A stretch of 64,000 nucleotides of DNA from Candidatus Spongiisociaceae bacterium (GCA_965219685.1 CBDCOH010000002.1:2944001-3008000), one strand, 5' to 3'; positions 31,575 through 40,925 are shown, counted from the first letter of the stretch. Notes: generated by a model not told the origin, from the letters alone. Program-made: numbers and translations.

Positions 31575-31676
31575 AAACACGAGACCTAGACAGCGCGATG
31601 CAGGATGGCAACTGACTCCATCTAACGTTACCCGTCGACCACCAACTAGACCCTAGCGACTAGGAACTATCATCTA
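31575..31676 (-). repeat. Dispersed intergenic element starting at a stop codon
   Basis: Reverse complement TAGATGA TAGTTCC TAGTCGC TAGGGTC TAGTTGG TGGTCGACGGGTAACGTTAGA, highly similar to 32875-32924. Confidence 0.85.
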
Positions 31677-32357
31677 GCGCCTGGCGATCGCCATCTCGCG
31701 GCGGAACTTCTTCCAGTCGGAGAACTTTGTCGACCAGAGGAGGTCCGTGATGACCGACACGACGCCCACCGCAGCCAGGAGGATCGTCGCCCACTCCGGG
31801 ACGCCGGCGATGACGCCGGCCGGGATGAGCGCGAAGGGCACGACCTTCGACACCAGTGCTCCGGAAGCGTGCATCCATGCCCGGCCCCGGGCGGTTGCCG
31901 CCAGGTAGGCGGCGTAGTCGGTCTTCACTCCGGGCTGCGGTCGCGCAACGGTACCGATGAACCAGTGCGTGAAGCGTATCCCCACCAGTCGCCCGACCAT
32001 CAGGTGGGCCAGCCCGTGCGTGGCTACGAGCAGGATCCCGCTGCCCGCCAGAAGCAAGATGCCGTTCCACGGGTCGGGCGTTCTGTAGGCCAAGCCGACC
32101 AACAGCAGCCCCAGCGCGGTCCCGACCAGGGTCGCCGCCGTACCGACCCCGATGGGAACGGTGACGAGCGCCCAGCGTTCGAAGGCGGCGCGGTCGGCGG
32201 CGGCGATCCTTCCCGCGAACTCCTCTACCAGGCCAGGGTCCCTCTTGACGGCGGCTACCGCCTTCCAGAAGCCCGCCCCTGCCAACCCTGCCCCGGGGTC
32301 CGCACCCAACCGTGCCTCGACGGCCCCCAGGATCCTCTCGACCTCGCGTCTCTCCAT
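31674..32357 (-). CDS. Membrane protein, hypothetical (M50-peptidase-like motifs)
   Basis: Four TM segments, THGLAHL, MHASGALVS. Confidence 0.7.
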   Translation of the reverse strand: MERREVERILGAVEARLGADPGAGLAGAGFWKAVAAVKRDPGLVEEFAGRIAAADRAAFERWALVTVPIGVGTAATLVGTALGLLLVGLAYRTPDPWNGILLLAGSGILLVATHGLAHLMVGRLVGIRFTHWFIGTVARPQPGVKTDYAAYLAATARGRAWMHASGALVSKVVPFALIPAGVIAGVPEWATILLAAVGVVSVITDLLWSTKFSDWKKFRREMAIARR

Positions 32358-32469
32358 GCCGATCTCTCCAACGGTAAATCGTTGTGTATCGATAGTACAG
32401 GGGATTCGCTTCTGTCAGGTCCCCTGAGCCACTCGCCTAGAGTTGGATTCTGCAAACGATGGGAGGGTC

Positions 32470-32877
32470 GTGATAACGCTCAGCGGATTGAACTGGTTGG
32501 CGATCGTCGTCGCCGCGATCGTCTTCTTCGGGCTGGCGGCCGTCTGGTACCAGCCACGGGTGATGGGCCGCAAGTGGATGGAAGCGGCCGGCGTGGAACC
32601 GCCGGACGCCGCTCCCAACCCGATGACGTTCGTGGGAGTCCTCGTCGCCTACTTCGTGATGGCGACCGTTCTGGCCATGGTCGCCCGGGGCGTAGGGGCA
32701 TCCTCATTCGGCGACGGACTCGCGCTCGGCCTCGCCACTGGTATCGCGTTCGTGGCGGCCCAGGCCTGGGTCAACGTGACCTTCGAGCAGCGTTCCAAGA
32801 GCCTCGTGCTGGTCAACGGTGCAATCGGAGTCATAGGCCATGTGGCGATGGCGGTGGTCGTCACCGTGTGGTCCTAG
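32470..32877 (+). CDS. DUF1761 family membrane protein
   Basis: NWLAIVVAA...AVWYQP.VMGRKWM; GGGAGG RBS. Confidence 0.85.
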   Translation: MITLSGLNWLAIVVAAIVFFGLAAVWYQPRVMGRKWMEAAGVEPPDAAPNPMTFVGVLVAYFVMATVLAMVARGVGASSFGDGLALGLATGIAFVAAQAWVNVTFEQRSKSLVLVNGAIGVIGHVAMAVVVTVWS

Positions 32878-32945
32878 ATGATTGGTTCCTAGTCTCTAGT
32901 TGGTAAGCGACGGGTAACGTTAGAACACATCGTTTCCGGGCCTTG
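32875..32945 (+). repeat. Dispersed intergenic element starting at a stop codon
   Basis: TAGATGA TTGGTTCC TAGTCTC TAGTTGG TAAGCGACGGGTAACGTTAGAACACATCGTTTCCGGGCC. Confidence 0.85.
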
Positions 32946-33017
32946 GGAGGGCTGTCCGTGTTCGCCTGGGCGCCAATGGGGTTCCTCACAAACCGAGAAC
33001 TCGGGACCCGCGCGTAC

Positions 33018-33104
33018 AGTCCAAGCCATCCTCGGATGACAGCTGTGTTGTGGACCGTGTGTGCCGATGGTTCAGTTTGATCGTGGGCTCGGATGGCTTG
33101 GACT
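33018..33104. repeat. Perfect 14-bp inverted repeat with a 59-nt spacer
   Basis: AGTCCAAGCCATCC (33018-33031) / GGATGGCTTGGACT (33091-33104). Confidence 0.85.
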
Positions 33105-33306
33105 ACTCGTCTAGGAGGTGCAGGTCCCGGACGACCCGAAACGCCCATAGAGGGTTCCTGTCCGTCCCCTGATCACTCGGTGGATCTCACCGATGTTCTC
33201 GCCGGATGCTTGCCGTCCCGCCAGACCCGTAGGTATGCTGCTCTAAATTGCGGTAGATACAGTGTCTTTTGGGGGTATTGAGGCAGTTTGGAGAGGCGGG
33301 AAAGCG

Positions 33307-35337
33307 ATGGTCATTACCACCGATGACGTCAAGACCCAAGCGCTGAGTCTGCCGGAAGAACTCGTCCTGATGCTCCTCAACGAGGAGAACGGTTACTTCC
33401 ACCAGGTACCCGGCTGGGACCTCAACTGCGCCGTCGTCGGGGCCGTTCTCGCAGAACTCTCTTTCAGGTCCCGCATCGACACCGATATGGAGTCCCTCTT
33501 CCTCCTGGACCGGACAGAAACCGGCGATCCTGCCCTCGACCCCATCCTCGAGGTGATCGCGGGTGAGCCGGTCCAGCGAAAGGCCCAGTACTGGATCGAG
33601 CGGCTCGCTCCCCGTGCGGAGTCGATCATCGATCTGACCCTGGATCACCTGGTCGACCTGGGAATCCTGCAACACCACGATGGTGGGTTCTGGACGCTGG
33701 CCCACGCGATGGGGCCGGTCGGACTCTTCACCGCCTCCCCGGACGGCAGCGGAACGCAGTTCGTCAAGACACGCATCAGCCAGGCGATCTTCCACAACGA
33801 GATTCCCGACCCAAGAGACGTCGTCATCATCTGTCTCATCAACACGTGCGACGTATTCCGCTTCATGTTCCAACTCGATGAACAAGCTGAGGACCGCATC
33901 GACTTCATCTGCAACATGGATCTCATCGGCCGGTCCATCGCCGCCGCGGTCTCCCACAACCTTGCCGGCCCGCTGCTCCGGCGTTCTGCCCTGGCCAAGA
34001 AGATCCCGGTTGTCCCCCTGCGCAAACTGCTGCTCAATCCACACATCCGCTCCGGCAACATTCCGGCGCTCTTCGCGGACCTTGCCCGACAATACGGCCC
34101 GGTGTTCCAACTCCGCCCCCCGTTCACCGAGCCGATGATCTTCCTTGCCGGGCCGGCAACGAACGAGTGGGTAAACCGGCGTGGGCGCATGTACCTGAGA
34201 GCCAAGGACTACTTCAGTGAGTTCGAGAAGGTGTATGGCGCCAATGGAGTGTTGCCTTCGCTGGATGGCGCCGATCACTTCCGGCTCCGCAAGTCCATGG
34301 CCCCGGCGTACTCCCGCAGGCGGCTGGCCACACAACTGGACCAACTCTACGGACATGTGCGCGACCACATGACGGAGTGGAAGGTGGGAGACGCCTACTT
34401 CGCAACGCCGATGTGCAGGCGGATGGTCAACGCACAGATCTCACCCCTTTTCGTCAGCGTGGACTCGCAGGACCTCATCGACGATCTGATGACGTACAAG
34501 GAACGCGCGCTCAACACCCACATCGTGAGGGTGCTGCCCAAGTTCATGCTGAAGACACCGGGAATGAGGCGCCGCGCGAAAGCTGTCGAAACGTTGCTGG
34601 AACGGGTCCAGAGCGGGCATACACCGGCTCAACGCGCTGACAGTCCGCGGGACCTTGCAGATGACTTCCTGAGCCTGCATGCCAGCGACCCGCAGTTCGT
34701 CCCGGAGTCGAATCTCCGGTTCGCGTTCTCGGCGGCCCTGATCGCCAGCGTGTATCTCGGCGATGCGGTCAACTTCGCCCTGTATGCCATGGTGTCCCAG
34801 CCCGGACTCCAAGCTCGAGTCCAGAAGGAAGCCGATGCGCTGTTCGAGGGCGGCGATCCGCAAGGCCGGGACTTCAACCCGTCCACCATCGACGTCACTC
34901 ACCGCCTCATGATGGAGTCCCTGCGCATATACCCGATCGTCCCGATGTCCATGCGCAACGTCATGAACGCATGCCTGGTCGAGGGGTATGAGTTGCCGGT
35001 GGGGTCACGGATCCTGATCGCCCAGACAGCCTCGCACTACATGGACGACGTCTTCCCGGACCCCTTCAAATTCGACATCGATCGCTACCTGTCTCCCCGC
35101 CTCGAGCACAACAGTCCCGGGTACGCCCCGTACGGACTGGGCACCCACAAATGTCTCGGGTCCCGCTGGATGGAACTGCAGCTGACCGTCAACGTGCTCA
35201 TGGTCGCGCACTACTTCACCCTCGAGATAGCCCCCGCCGACTTCAAGCTCAGGTTCAACCCGTTGCCGTCGATGAAGCCGAGCAAGAAGCTGAAGTTCCG
35301 GATCGTCGAGCAGAGACGCGGGCTACCCGATAGTTGA
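33307..35337 (+). CDS. GPP34 (GOLPH3-like) domain fused to cytochrome P450
   Basis: N-terminus LSLPEELVLMLL...AVVGAVLAEL...RID...TGDPALDPIL...W...LVDLGIL (GPP34 pattern). C-terminus ESLR (ExxR), FDIDRY and heme motif YGLGTHKCLG. Confidence 0.85.
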   Translation: MVITTDDVKTQALSLPEELVLMLLNEENGYFHQVPGWDLNCAVVGAVLAELSFRSRIDTDMESLFLLDRTETGDPALDPILEVIAGEPVQRKAQYWIERLAPRAESIIDLTLDHLVDLGILQHHDGGFWTLAHAMGPVGLFTASPDGSGTQFVKTRISQAIFHNEIPDPRDVVIICLINTCDVFRFMFQLDEQAEDRIDFICNMDLIGRSIAAAVSHNLAGPLLRRSALAKKIPVVPLRKLLLNPHIRSGNIPALFADLARQYGPVFQLRPPFTEPMIFLAGPATNEWVNRRGRMYLRAKDYFSEFEKVYGANGVLPSLDGADHFRLRKSMAPAYSRRRLATQLDQLYGHVRDHMTEWKVGDAYFATPMCRRMVNAQISPLFVSVDSQDLIDDLMTYKERALNTHIVRVLPKFMLKTPGMRRRAKAVETLLERVQSGHTPAQRADSPRDLADDFLSLHASDPQFVPESNLRFAFSAALIASVYLGDAVNFALYAMVSQPGLQARVQKEADALFEGGDPQGRDFNPSTIDVTHRLMMESLRIYPIVPMSMRNVMNACLVEGYELPVGSRILIAQTASHYMDDVFPDPFKFDIDRYLSPRLEHNSPGYAPYGLGTHKCLGSRWMELQLTVNVLMVAHYFTLEIAPADFKLRFNPLPSMKPSKKLKFRIVEQRRGLPDS

Positions 35338-35411
35338 TAGTGGCTAGTTGATAGTTGCCAGCTCCGTTTCTTAACGGTGAAGAGTCAGTGCCAACTAGCA
35401 ACTGACGACTA
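35331..35411. repeat. Inward-facing TAGTTGN heptamer arrays between convergent stop codons
   Basis: Plus strand TAGTTGA TAGTGGC TAGTTGA TAGTTGC; minus strand TAGTCGT CAGTTGC TAGTTGG. Confidence 0.8.
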
Positions 35412-37886
35412 AGCGGGTTCCTCGGCTGCGCCGTGGCGTCGATGTACGGCTTCGATCGTGTCGTCGAGCTCGGCTGCCCAGCGGCGCATCCTCGAGCGGA
35501 GCCGCATGTTCTGGTAGGAGCCCCAGACCGTCATGGCGGGCGGCACCAGCACGATGGAGACGATCAGCGAGTACGCGATCGTGATCGCCGCGGTGATGGC
35601 GAACTGCTGGGATGCGGCCAGAGGTGAGAACACCAGCACTCCGAGTCCTAGCGCCGTGGTCAGAGCAGAGCCCAGCAGCGCCGATCCCGTGGTGGAGAGC
35701 GTCCGGATCGCCGCCTTCTCCGGGTTTCGCTCGTATGCGTACTCCTCGCGGTAACGATGGATCATGTGAATGGTGTAGTCGACCCCGATCCCGATCGAGA
35801 GCGCGGTGATTATGGACGTGATGAGCGTGTAGGGAATGTCCAGCAGCGCCATGGTGCCCAGCACCGATATGAGCACGAGCACTATCGGGAACACCGCCAC
35901 AAAGCCCAGCGCCGGCTGACGCACCGTCACCCAGAAGAAGAGGGCGAGAACGGTCAGTGCCACCGCGACGGTGGTGCTGATGGCCTCCGTCTGCTGCTCA
36001 GTGATGGCGTCGGTAACGGTGAACGAGATGATGCTGGACGAAGTCGCGGTGAGGGCGTCGTCGTCGCCGAACCAGAGTTCCTCGATATCCCGCTGGGTGG
36101 TCCTCGCCTGCGATGTGTCGCCTGCGAAAGCCGGGAATTGGAGCAGCATGGCATCGATGCCGCCGGGATTGTTGACCAGGAGACGCCCCAGGAAGGGATC
36201 TTGCGCCTCGAGACGGTCGAGGAAGTCCTGCATCAACCCGGCATCGAGCTCGATCCCGGCGGAGGCTTCCTGGAGTAGGGCGGCAAGCTCCGGGTCGTAC
36301 CGGTCGCCGGGCGCCCCGCTGTCGTTGACCCAGTCGTGTACCACCATGTCAAACGATGCCTGGATCGGCCCCGCTGCCGCGCCGGGGCGGAGCGTCTCAT
36401 CCGCGAAAGCGGTGGTGAGGTCGTGGAGGTCGATGAGCGTGCGGGTGTCGGTGGCTTCGGCCATCACCAGCAGGCTGACCATCTCCGTCGAGCCGCCGAT
36501 AGCCGCATCCAGCGTGTCCATGTCCTCCAGCAGTCCGCCACCTCTCGGAAGGATGTCGCGGATGCTGAACTCCGACTCGAGGTCCCTCGCCGCGAATCCG
36601 AGCGCGATCGTCACCGCTATCACCGCGACGATGTAGGGCGTCGGCCGGCGTGTGACTCCCCTCCCCAGCGACTCCGCCAAGGGTCGGATGCCAGGCAAGG
36701 CAGTCGAGATCGGGCGCGGATCCTTCAACTTGCCCCGAGCCGCCCGCCTCCGATCGATGATCGTCCGGCCGGCCGGAATGAGCGTCAGCATTACCAGCAG
36801 GCTCATCCCGACGCCCAGCCCCGCTATGACGCCGAAGTCGTTGACTATCCCGATCGGCGAGAACAGGCTCACCAGCAGGCTGACGATCGTGGTGACCGCG
36901 GCAAGGGTGAGAGGCAGTGTGACGTGACGCAGTCCCTTGCGGACGGCCCCCACCACCTCCTCGCCCGCCAAGCGCTGCTCGCGGTAGTGCGAGACGATCT
37001 GGATCGCGTAGTCCACCGTGAGACCGATCAGGATGATCGGCACCATCGTGGTGAGGGAGTTCGGAGGGCCGACAAGACCCAACGCGTTCGGTCCGAGCCA
37101 TCCCTCCGCCCCGGTGATCCAGATGATCGACAGTAGGAGTCCTCCGATCGTGAGGAGGAGATCCGAGATCGTGCGCATGAAGAGCAGGATCAGCGCCGCG
37201 ATCAACAGGAAGGCCGCACCCACCAGGGGTGCCATCCCCTCCTCGGTGGCCCTCTTGTACTCGTCCTCGACCACCACGGGCGAGACGCTGGTCACCCGCA
37301 GCGGGCCCTCGTCCGCATCTGCCAACTCGTCGACCCTCCGGGAAGCGTCATAGATTCGCTCGTCCTTGGTGTCCTGCAGGTTGATGGTGGCAATGGCGAC
37401 CCGCGTCCCGTCCGTGTCCATGCCGGTCGTGGCGGCGAGTGCCTCCCCGATGCCCGGAACGTTGCGGACGGAATCGATCTGCTCCTGCGTGACCGACTCG
37501 AAGCTCTCCACCTGCAGCACGGCCTTGACCAGGAACGAGGGCGCGAACACAGGATCGGGCTGCGCCAGTATCTCTCCCACGCCCGGATCAGTAACGATCT
37601 CGTTGACGAGGCTGTCCATCTGCGCGAGACCCCCGGGTGTGAGCGCGTCCCCACGGAAGAGAAGCGTCGCAACGTGAGCCCCTCCGGAATCGCCGAAGAG
37701 TTCCTCTATCTCTGCCAAGGCTTGGGCGACACGGCTCCCCTGGGGAAGGGTCTCGGCAGTCTCCGGCGGCTCGGCGCGCTGTGCCGTCCCGGCGCCCAAG
37801 GCAAAGGTGATGACTAGGAGGACCGCGATGGTGACCCATGGGTAACCCGTCACCATCCGGCGCAGTCGATCGAGCGCCTTACTCAT
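35409..37886 (-). CDS. MMPL/RND family transporter
   Basis: Two halves with IGLTVDYAI and IGIGVDYTI, two large extracytoplasmic loops, about 12 TM helices. Confidence 0.9.
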   Translation of the reverse strand: MSKALDRLRRMVTGYPWVTIAVLLVITFALGAGTAQRAEPPETAETLPQGSRVAQALAEIEELFGDSGGAHVATLLFRGDALTPGGLAQMDSLVNEIVTDPGVGEILAQPDPVFAPSFLVKAVLQVESFESVTQEQIDSVRNVPGIGEALAATTGMDTDGTRVAIATINLQDTKDERIYDASRRVDELADADEGPLRVTSVSPVVVEDEYKRATEEGMAPLVGAAFLLIAALILLFMRTISDLLLTIGGLLLSIIWITGAEGWLGPNALGLVGPPNSLTTMVPIILIGLTVDYAIQIVSHYREQRLAGEEVVGAVRKGLRHVTLPLTLAAVTTIVSLLVSLFSPIGIVNDFGVIAGLGVGMSLLVMLTLIPAGRTIIDRRRAARGKLKDPRPISTALPGIRPLAESLGRGVTRRPTPYIVAVIAVTIALGFAARDLESEFSIRDILPRGGGLLEDMDTLDAAIGGSTEMVSLLVMAEATDTRTLIDLHDLTTAFADETLRPGAAAGPIQASFDMVVHDWVNDSGAPGDRYDPELAALLQEASAGIELDAGLMQDFLDRLEAQDPFLGRLLVNNPGGIDAMLLQFPAFAGDTSQARTTQRDIEELWFGDDDALTATSSSIISFTVTDAITEQQTEAISTTVAVALTVLALFFWVTVRQPALGFVAVFPIVLVLISVLGTMALLDIPYTLITSIITALSIGIGVDYTIHMIHRYREEYAYERNPEKAAIRTLSTTGSALLGSALTTALGLGVLVFSPLAASQQFAITAAITIAYSLIVSIVLVPPAMTVWGSYQNMRLRSRMRRWAAELDDTIEAVHRRHGAAEEPA

Positions 37887-37988
37887 GGCCTGCCATGGAA
37901 ATCACGTCGCGTCTGAACATTAACCCTTCCCAAAACCGACCGCTCCGAATCGGCGGACAAGCCCGAAAATGGAAGCGACCTCGAGTAC

Positions 37989-39065
37989 TCATCGTGCAGC
38001 GTCACGAAGCCTAACAGTGACCCGGCTCGGCGACTCATGCTGCTCGGGATAGAACTGGGCGCAGTAGCGTCGATAGCTCATGATCTCGCCGTCGGAAGTG
38101 CAGAGGCGGGGCCGGGGCCGGTACCGCTTGCGGCTCCAGATAACCACATCCTGGCGAACGTCCTGCATCTGGAAGGCCGCCATGATCTTGTTCATGATGG
38201 GGGCGCGCAGCTTGGGGGGCAGGAAACCCAGCCCTGCGATCCACCTCTTCGGTTGGCGGATCTCCCGCACCTGCGAGACGAGGGACAGGTCGATGAGGAT
38301 GCCGTCCACCGGCGTGGCCAGAACCCACAGGCGAAGGTCCATCCCGATCGTGTGCTCGCGGATCTGCACATAGGAGTAGCCGAGCCCGTGTATCAGCGTG
38401 TCGGCGGACACGTCAAGGGTCAGCCTGGCGATCCCGGCGATCTTGCGGGTTCTCCTGAAGTCGAACCGGCTCACGAGCAACGGTCCGTCCACCGACGCTC
38501 GCTCCACGCGCTTCACGTTGCCGTAGCCGTGGACGTAACGCAGGTGGCCAAGATCCACAGAGTTCTCCGTGGTCTCCTGCGGATGGCCGGGGAAGCGTAC
38601 GGTGCTGATATCGAGACCGCTCCACCCGTCCTGGGGCGGCGTGTCGGCGGGCAGGCTCCATTGCGGTTCTCGCCCCCCGTGACCCCACCAGACGAAGATC
38701 AAGTCGAGGACCTCCTGGGTCTCGAAGGTGCGCAACCTCGCCGCCTTGGGCGGTCTGGCGTACGGTGTGGCGACGCACCGGCCACTCACGTCGAACTCGA
38801 AGCCGTGGAAGGGACAGACGAGGCGGCCATCGCATACGCGGCCTCCGGCGGCCGGTCCCATATCGGCGCCCAGGTGCGGGCAGAAGGAGTCCGCCACGCA
38901 GACATTGCCGTTCTCGTCGTACCAGATGACGATGGTCTCTCCCATCCAAGTCCTCTGGATGAGCCCGGCCCTCCGTACATCTTGGCGGCTCGCGACGAAG
39001 TACCAGCCCTCCGGGAAGGGGGACGGCAATCGACCGCTCCCGAGCGCCACAGATCGGCTTGACAT
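37989..39065 (-). CDS. Rieske non-heme iron oxygenase, KshA/Neverland (sterol desaturase)-like
   Basis: CPHLG...CPFHG, ENSVDLGHLRYVHG, C-terminal QDVVIWSRKRY..RPRL...DGEI..YRRYCAQFY. Confidence 0.85.
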   Translation of the reverse strand: MSSRSVALGSGRLPSPFPEGWYFVASRQDVRRAGLIQRTWMGETIVIWYDENGNVCVADSFCPHLGADMGPAAGGRVCDGRLVCPFHGFEFDVSGRCVATPYARPPKAARLRTFETQEVLDLIFVWWGHGGREPQWSLPADTPPQDGWSGLDISTVRFPGHPQETTENSVDLGHLRYVHGYGNVKRVERASVDGPLLVSRFDFRRTRKIAGIARLTLDVSADTLIHGLGYSYVQIREHTIGMDLRLWVLATPVDGILIDLSLVSQVREIRQPKRWIAGLGFLPPKLRAPIMNKIMAAFQMQDVRQDVVIWSRKRYRPRPRLCTSDGEIMSYRRYCAQFYPEQHESPSRVTVRLRDAAR

Positions 39066-39383
39066 CGATCAAAACCCCCCTCTCCCCACGCCGGGCTGGA
39101 AGTTTCGCGCTTAGACAGAGCACCATCGAATGCGAGACCCGCTGACCAACCGCCTGATTGCGGACTCTTACATACAAGTGCTGTTACAGGCTAGCAATGT
39201 CGGCCCGGAATCCTGTCCATTTACCCGTCGCTACCGTACTTAGTGGAGACTTAACTGTCCTTGGCAGTATGCAGATTCGATGAACTCTGTTGAGAGTATC
39301 TACACGGGATAGGCAGGGTGACTTGCGGAGCCTTTGGGAGCACCGTCGGACGGTCTGGGCGCTGCGGACAAGAAGGTTCAGCC

Positions 39384-40767
39384 TCATACCTTCTTGAAAC
39401 GCCACCCGTACATAAGGCTGCCGTAGTGATTGAACGAACGCCTCGCGCCGGAATCATCGAAGGGATAGTCCGCACCCAACTGCGTCGCTGCCGCGAGCCC
39501 GCTCACGAAGCAGGTCTCCTGGCTGTTGATCAGGGTGTGGGCTCCACAGTGCCAGGTCCGTCTTCTACCCTGGATGAAGCGGAAGAGATAGATCAGCCAG
39601 GCTACGTGGCGCACATCATGCACGATGTGCTGGAACCACCACCGTCCGATGACCCTCCGCTCGTCGATCCGGCTGATGGGGTTGTAGGTCACGAGGCAAG
39701 GCTTGTCGGACCGGTTCGCCCACGGCTGCTGGTTATGCATGATGTAGGTGATCTCGTAGTTGTCCGGCCTGGCGCCGTACTGTTCGATGTGGTTGCTGCG
39801 CGTCTCCAGCGGGTTCACTTCATTGTCAGGTAGGACCGAGGGATCCGAATGCACCACGGTGTGATTGTGGAGTTCGCTCTCGTAACGTATCGACGACAGG
39901 ATGTAGCGCTCCACCATCGTGGGCTTGTCGAGGATCATCAGCGTCTGGTTCGCATTGCACGCGAAGATCACGCCGTCGAACGTCTCCTTCAAACCCGCTT
40001 CGTCCTCGACCACAACACCCGACGGATGGCGGTACACCTTTAGGACCGGACGGTTGAGGTAGATCTTCTCCGCGAAGTCGGCCGACAGGTTCTCGTAGAT
40101 GCGTCGTGTCCCCTGATCCCATGTCTGCATGGAGGTGGCGACTTCGATGTCGAAGAACTCGAGATATCTCGAGAAAAGAGCCGCAGGCATGTCGAAGACG
40201 TTGGTCGCCATCAGGAAGTTGACGAACATCGGCTTCAGTATCTTGTAGCGGAAGTCCCCGGAGAAACCACCTAGGTTCAGGACCGTCCCCATGCTGATGT
40301 AGTTGAACGGGTTGATTGCGTTCAGGAACTTCGACCGTGAACGGCTCAGATACCCAAACCAGTGAAGACGTCTCAGAACTCGTTGAAACCTCGCGATCTC
40401 CGGCTGGAGTTGCTGCCTGATCTCGGAGTCGAAGTCATGAGCGTACACCTGACCACGGTATTTGACGCTATAACTGAATTTGGTATCGATCATTTCGATA
40501 CCAAACTCCTTCATCAGTAACACGACATGGTGATAGACCGACGGGATGCAGGCGGTGACCGAAATGTCGAAGGGGATCGAGCTGCCGTCAGCCTGGGGGC
40601 ATCTCAGCTGTGACGGCATTCCCGCCGATCCGATCCTGGGCCTCGAACAACCGGAAGTCGAATCGGTCGGGGTGGTGGTGCAGACCCCATGCCGCGCCCA
40701 GCCCGGAGATGCCTCCGCCGACGATTGCAATGCGTCGCAGTGTTGTACCTCCCGCACAGGTTGCCAC
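39384..40767 (-). pseudogene. FAD-dependent oxidoreductase (amine-oxidase fold), frameshifted at a G5 run (40595-40599)
   Basis: The N-terminal frame reads RRIAIVGGGISGLGAAWGL...LFEAQDRIGGNAVTAEMP. Removing one C from ATGCCCCCAG joins it to QADGSSIPFDIS...WHCGAH. Confidence 0.8.
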
Positions 40768-40839
40768 GACCTTATCGTTGAGAACACGCGTTGCTTGGTG
40801 ACCAGGCCAGGATGTACTCGAGGGCCGGCCGGACCCCTC

Positions 40840-40925
40840 TAAGACGATTGGTTCCTAGATGATTAGTTCCTAGGTAGCAGGTACTAAGTGCTTAGCGTTA
40901 GATCGGGTACGTTTCCGTTCTCAGT
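40840..40925 (+). repeat. Dispersed intergenic element (degenerate heptamers plus conserved core)
   Basis: TTGGTTCC TAGATGA TTAGTTCC TAGG... GCTTAGCGTTAGATCGGGTACGTTTCCGTTCTCAGT. Confidence 0.85.

Noticed and set aside
12570-40905. Integron attC sites, suggested by GCGTTAGAT/ACGTTAGA (GTTRRRY) downstream of stop codons
   Set aside because: No matching RYYYAAC inverse core or L-box palindrome, the motifs follow housekeeping genes in both orientations, and no integrase is present.
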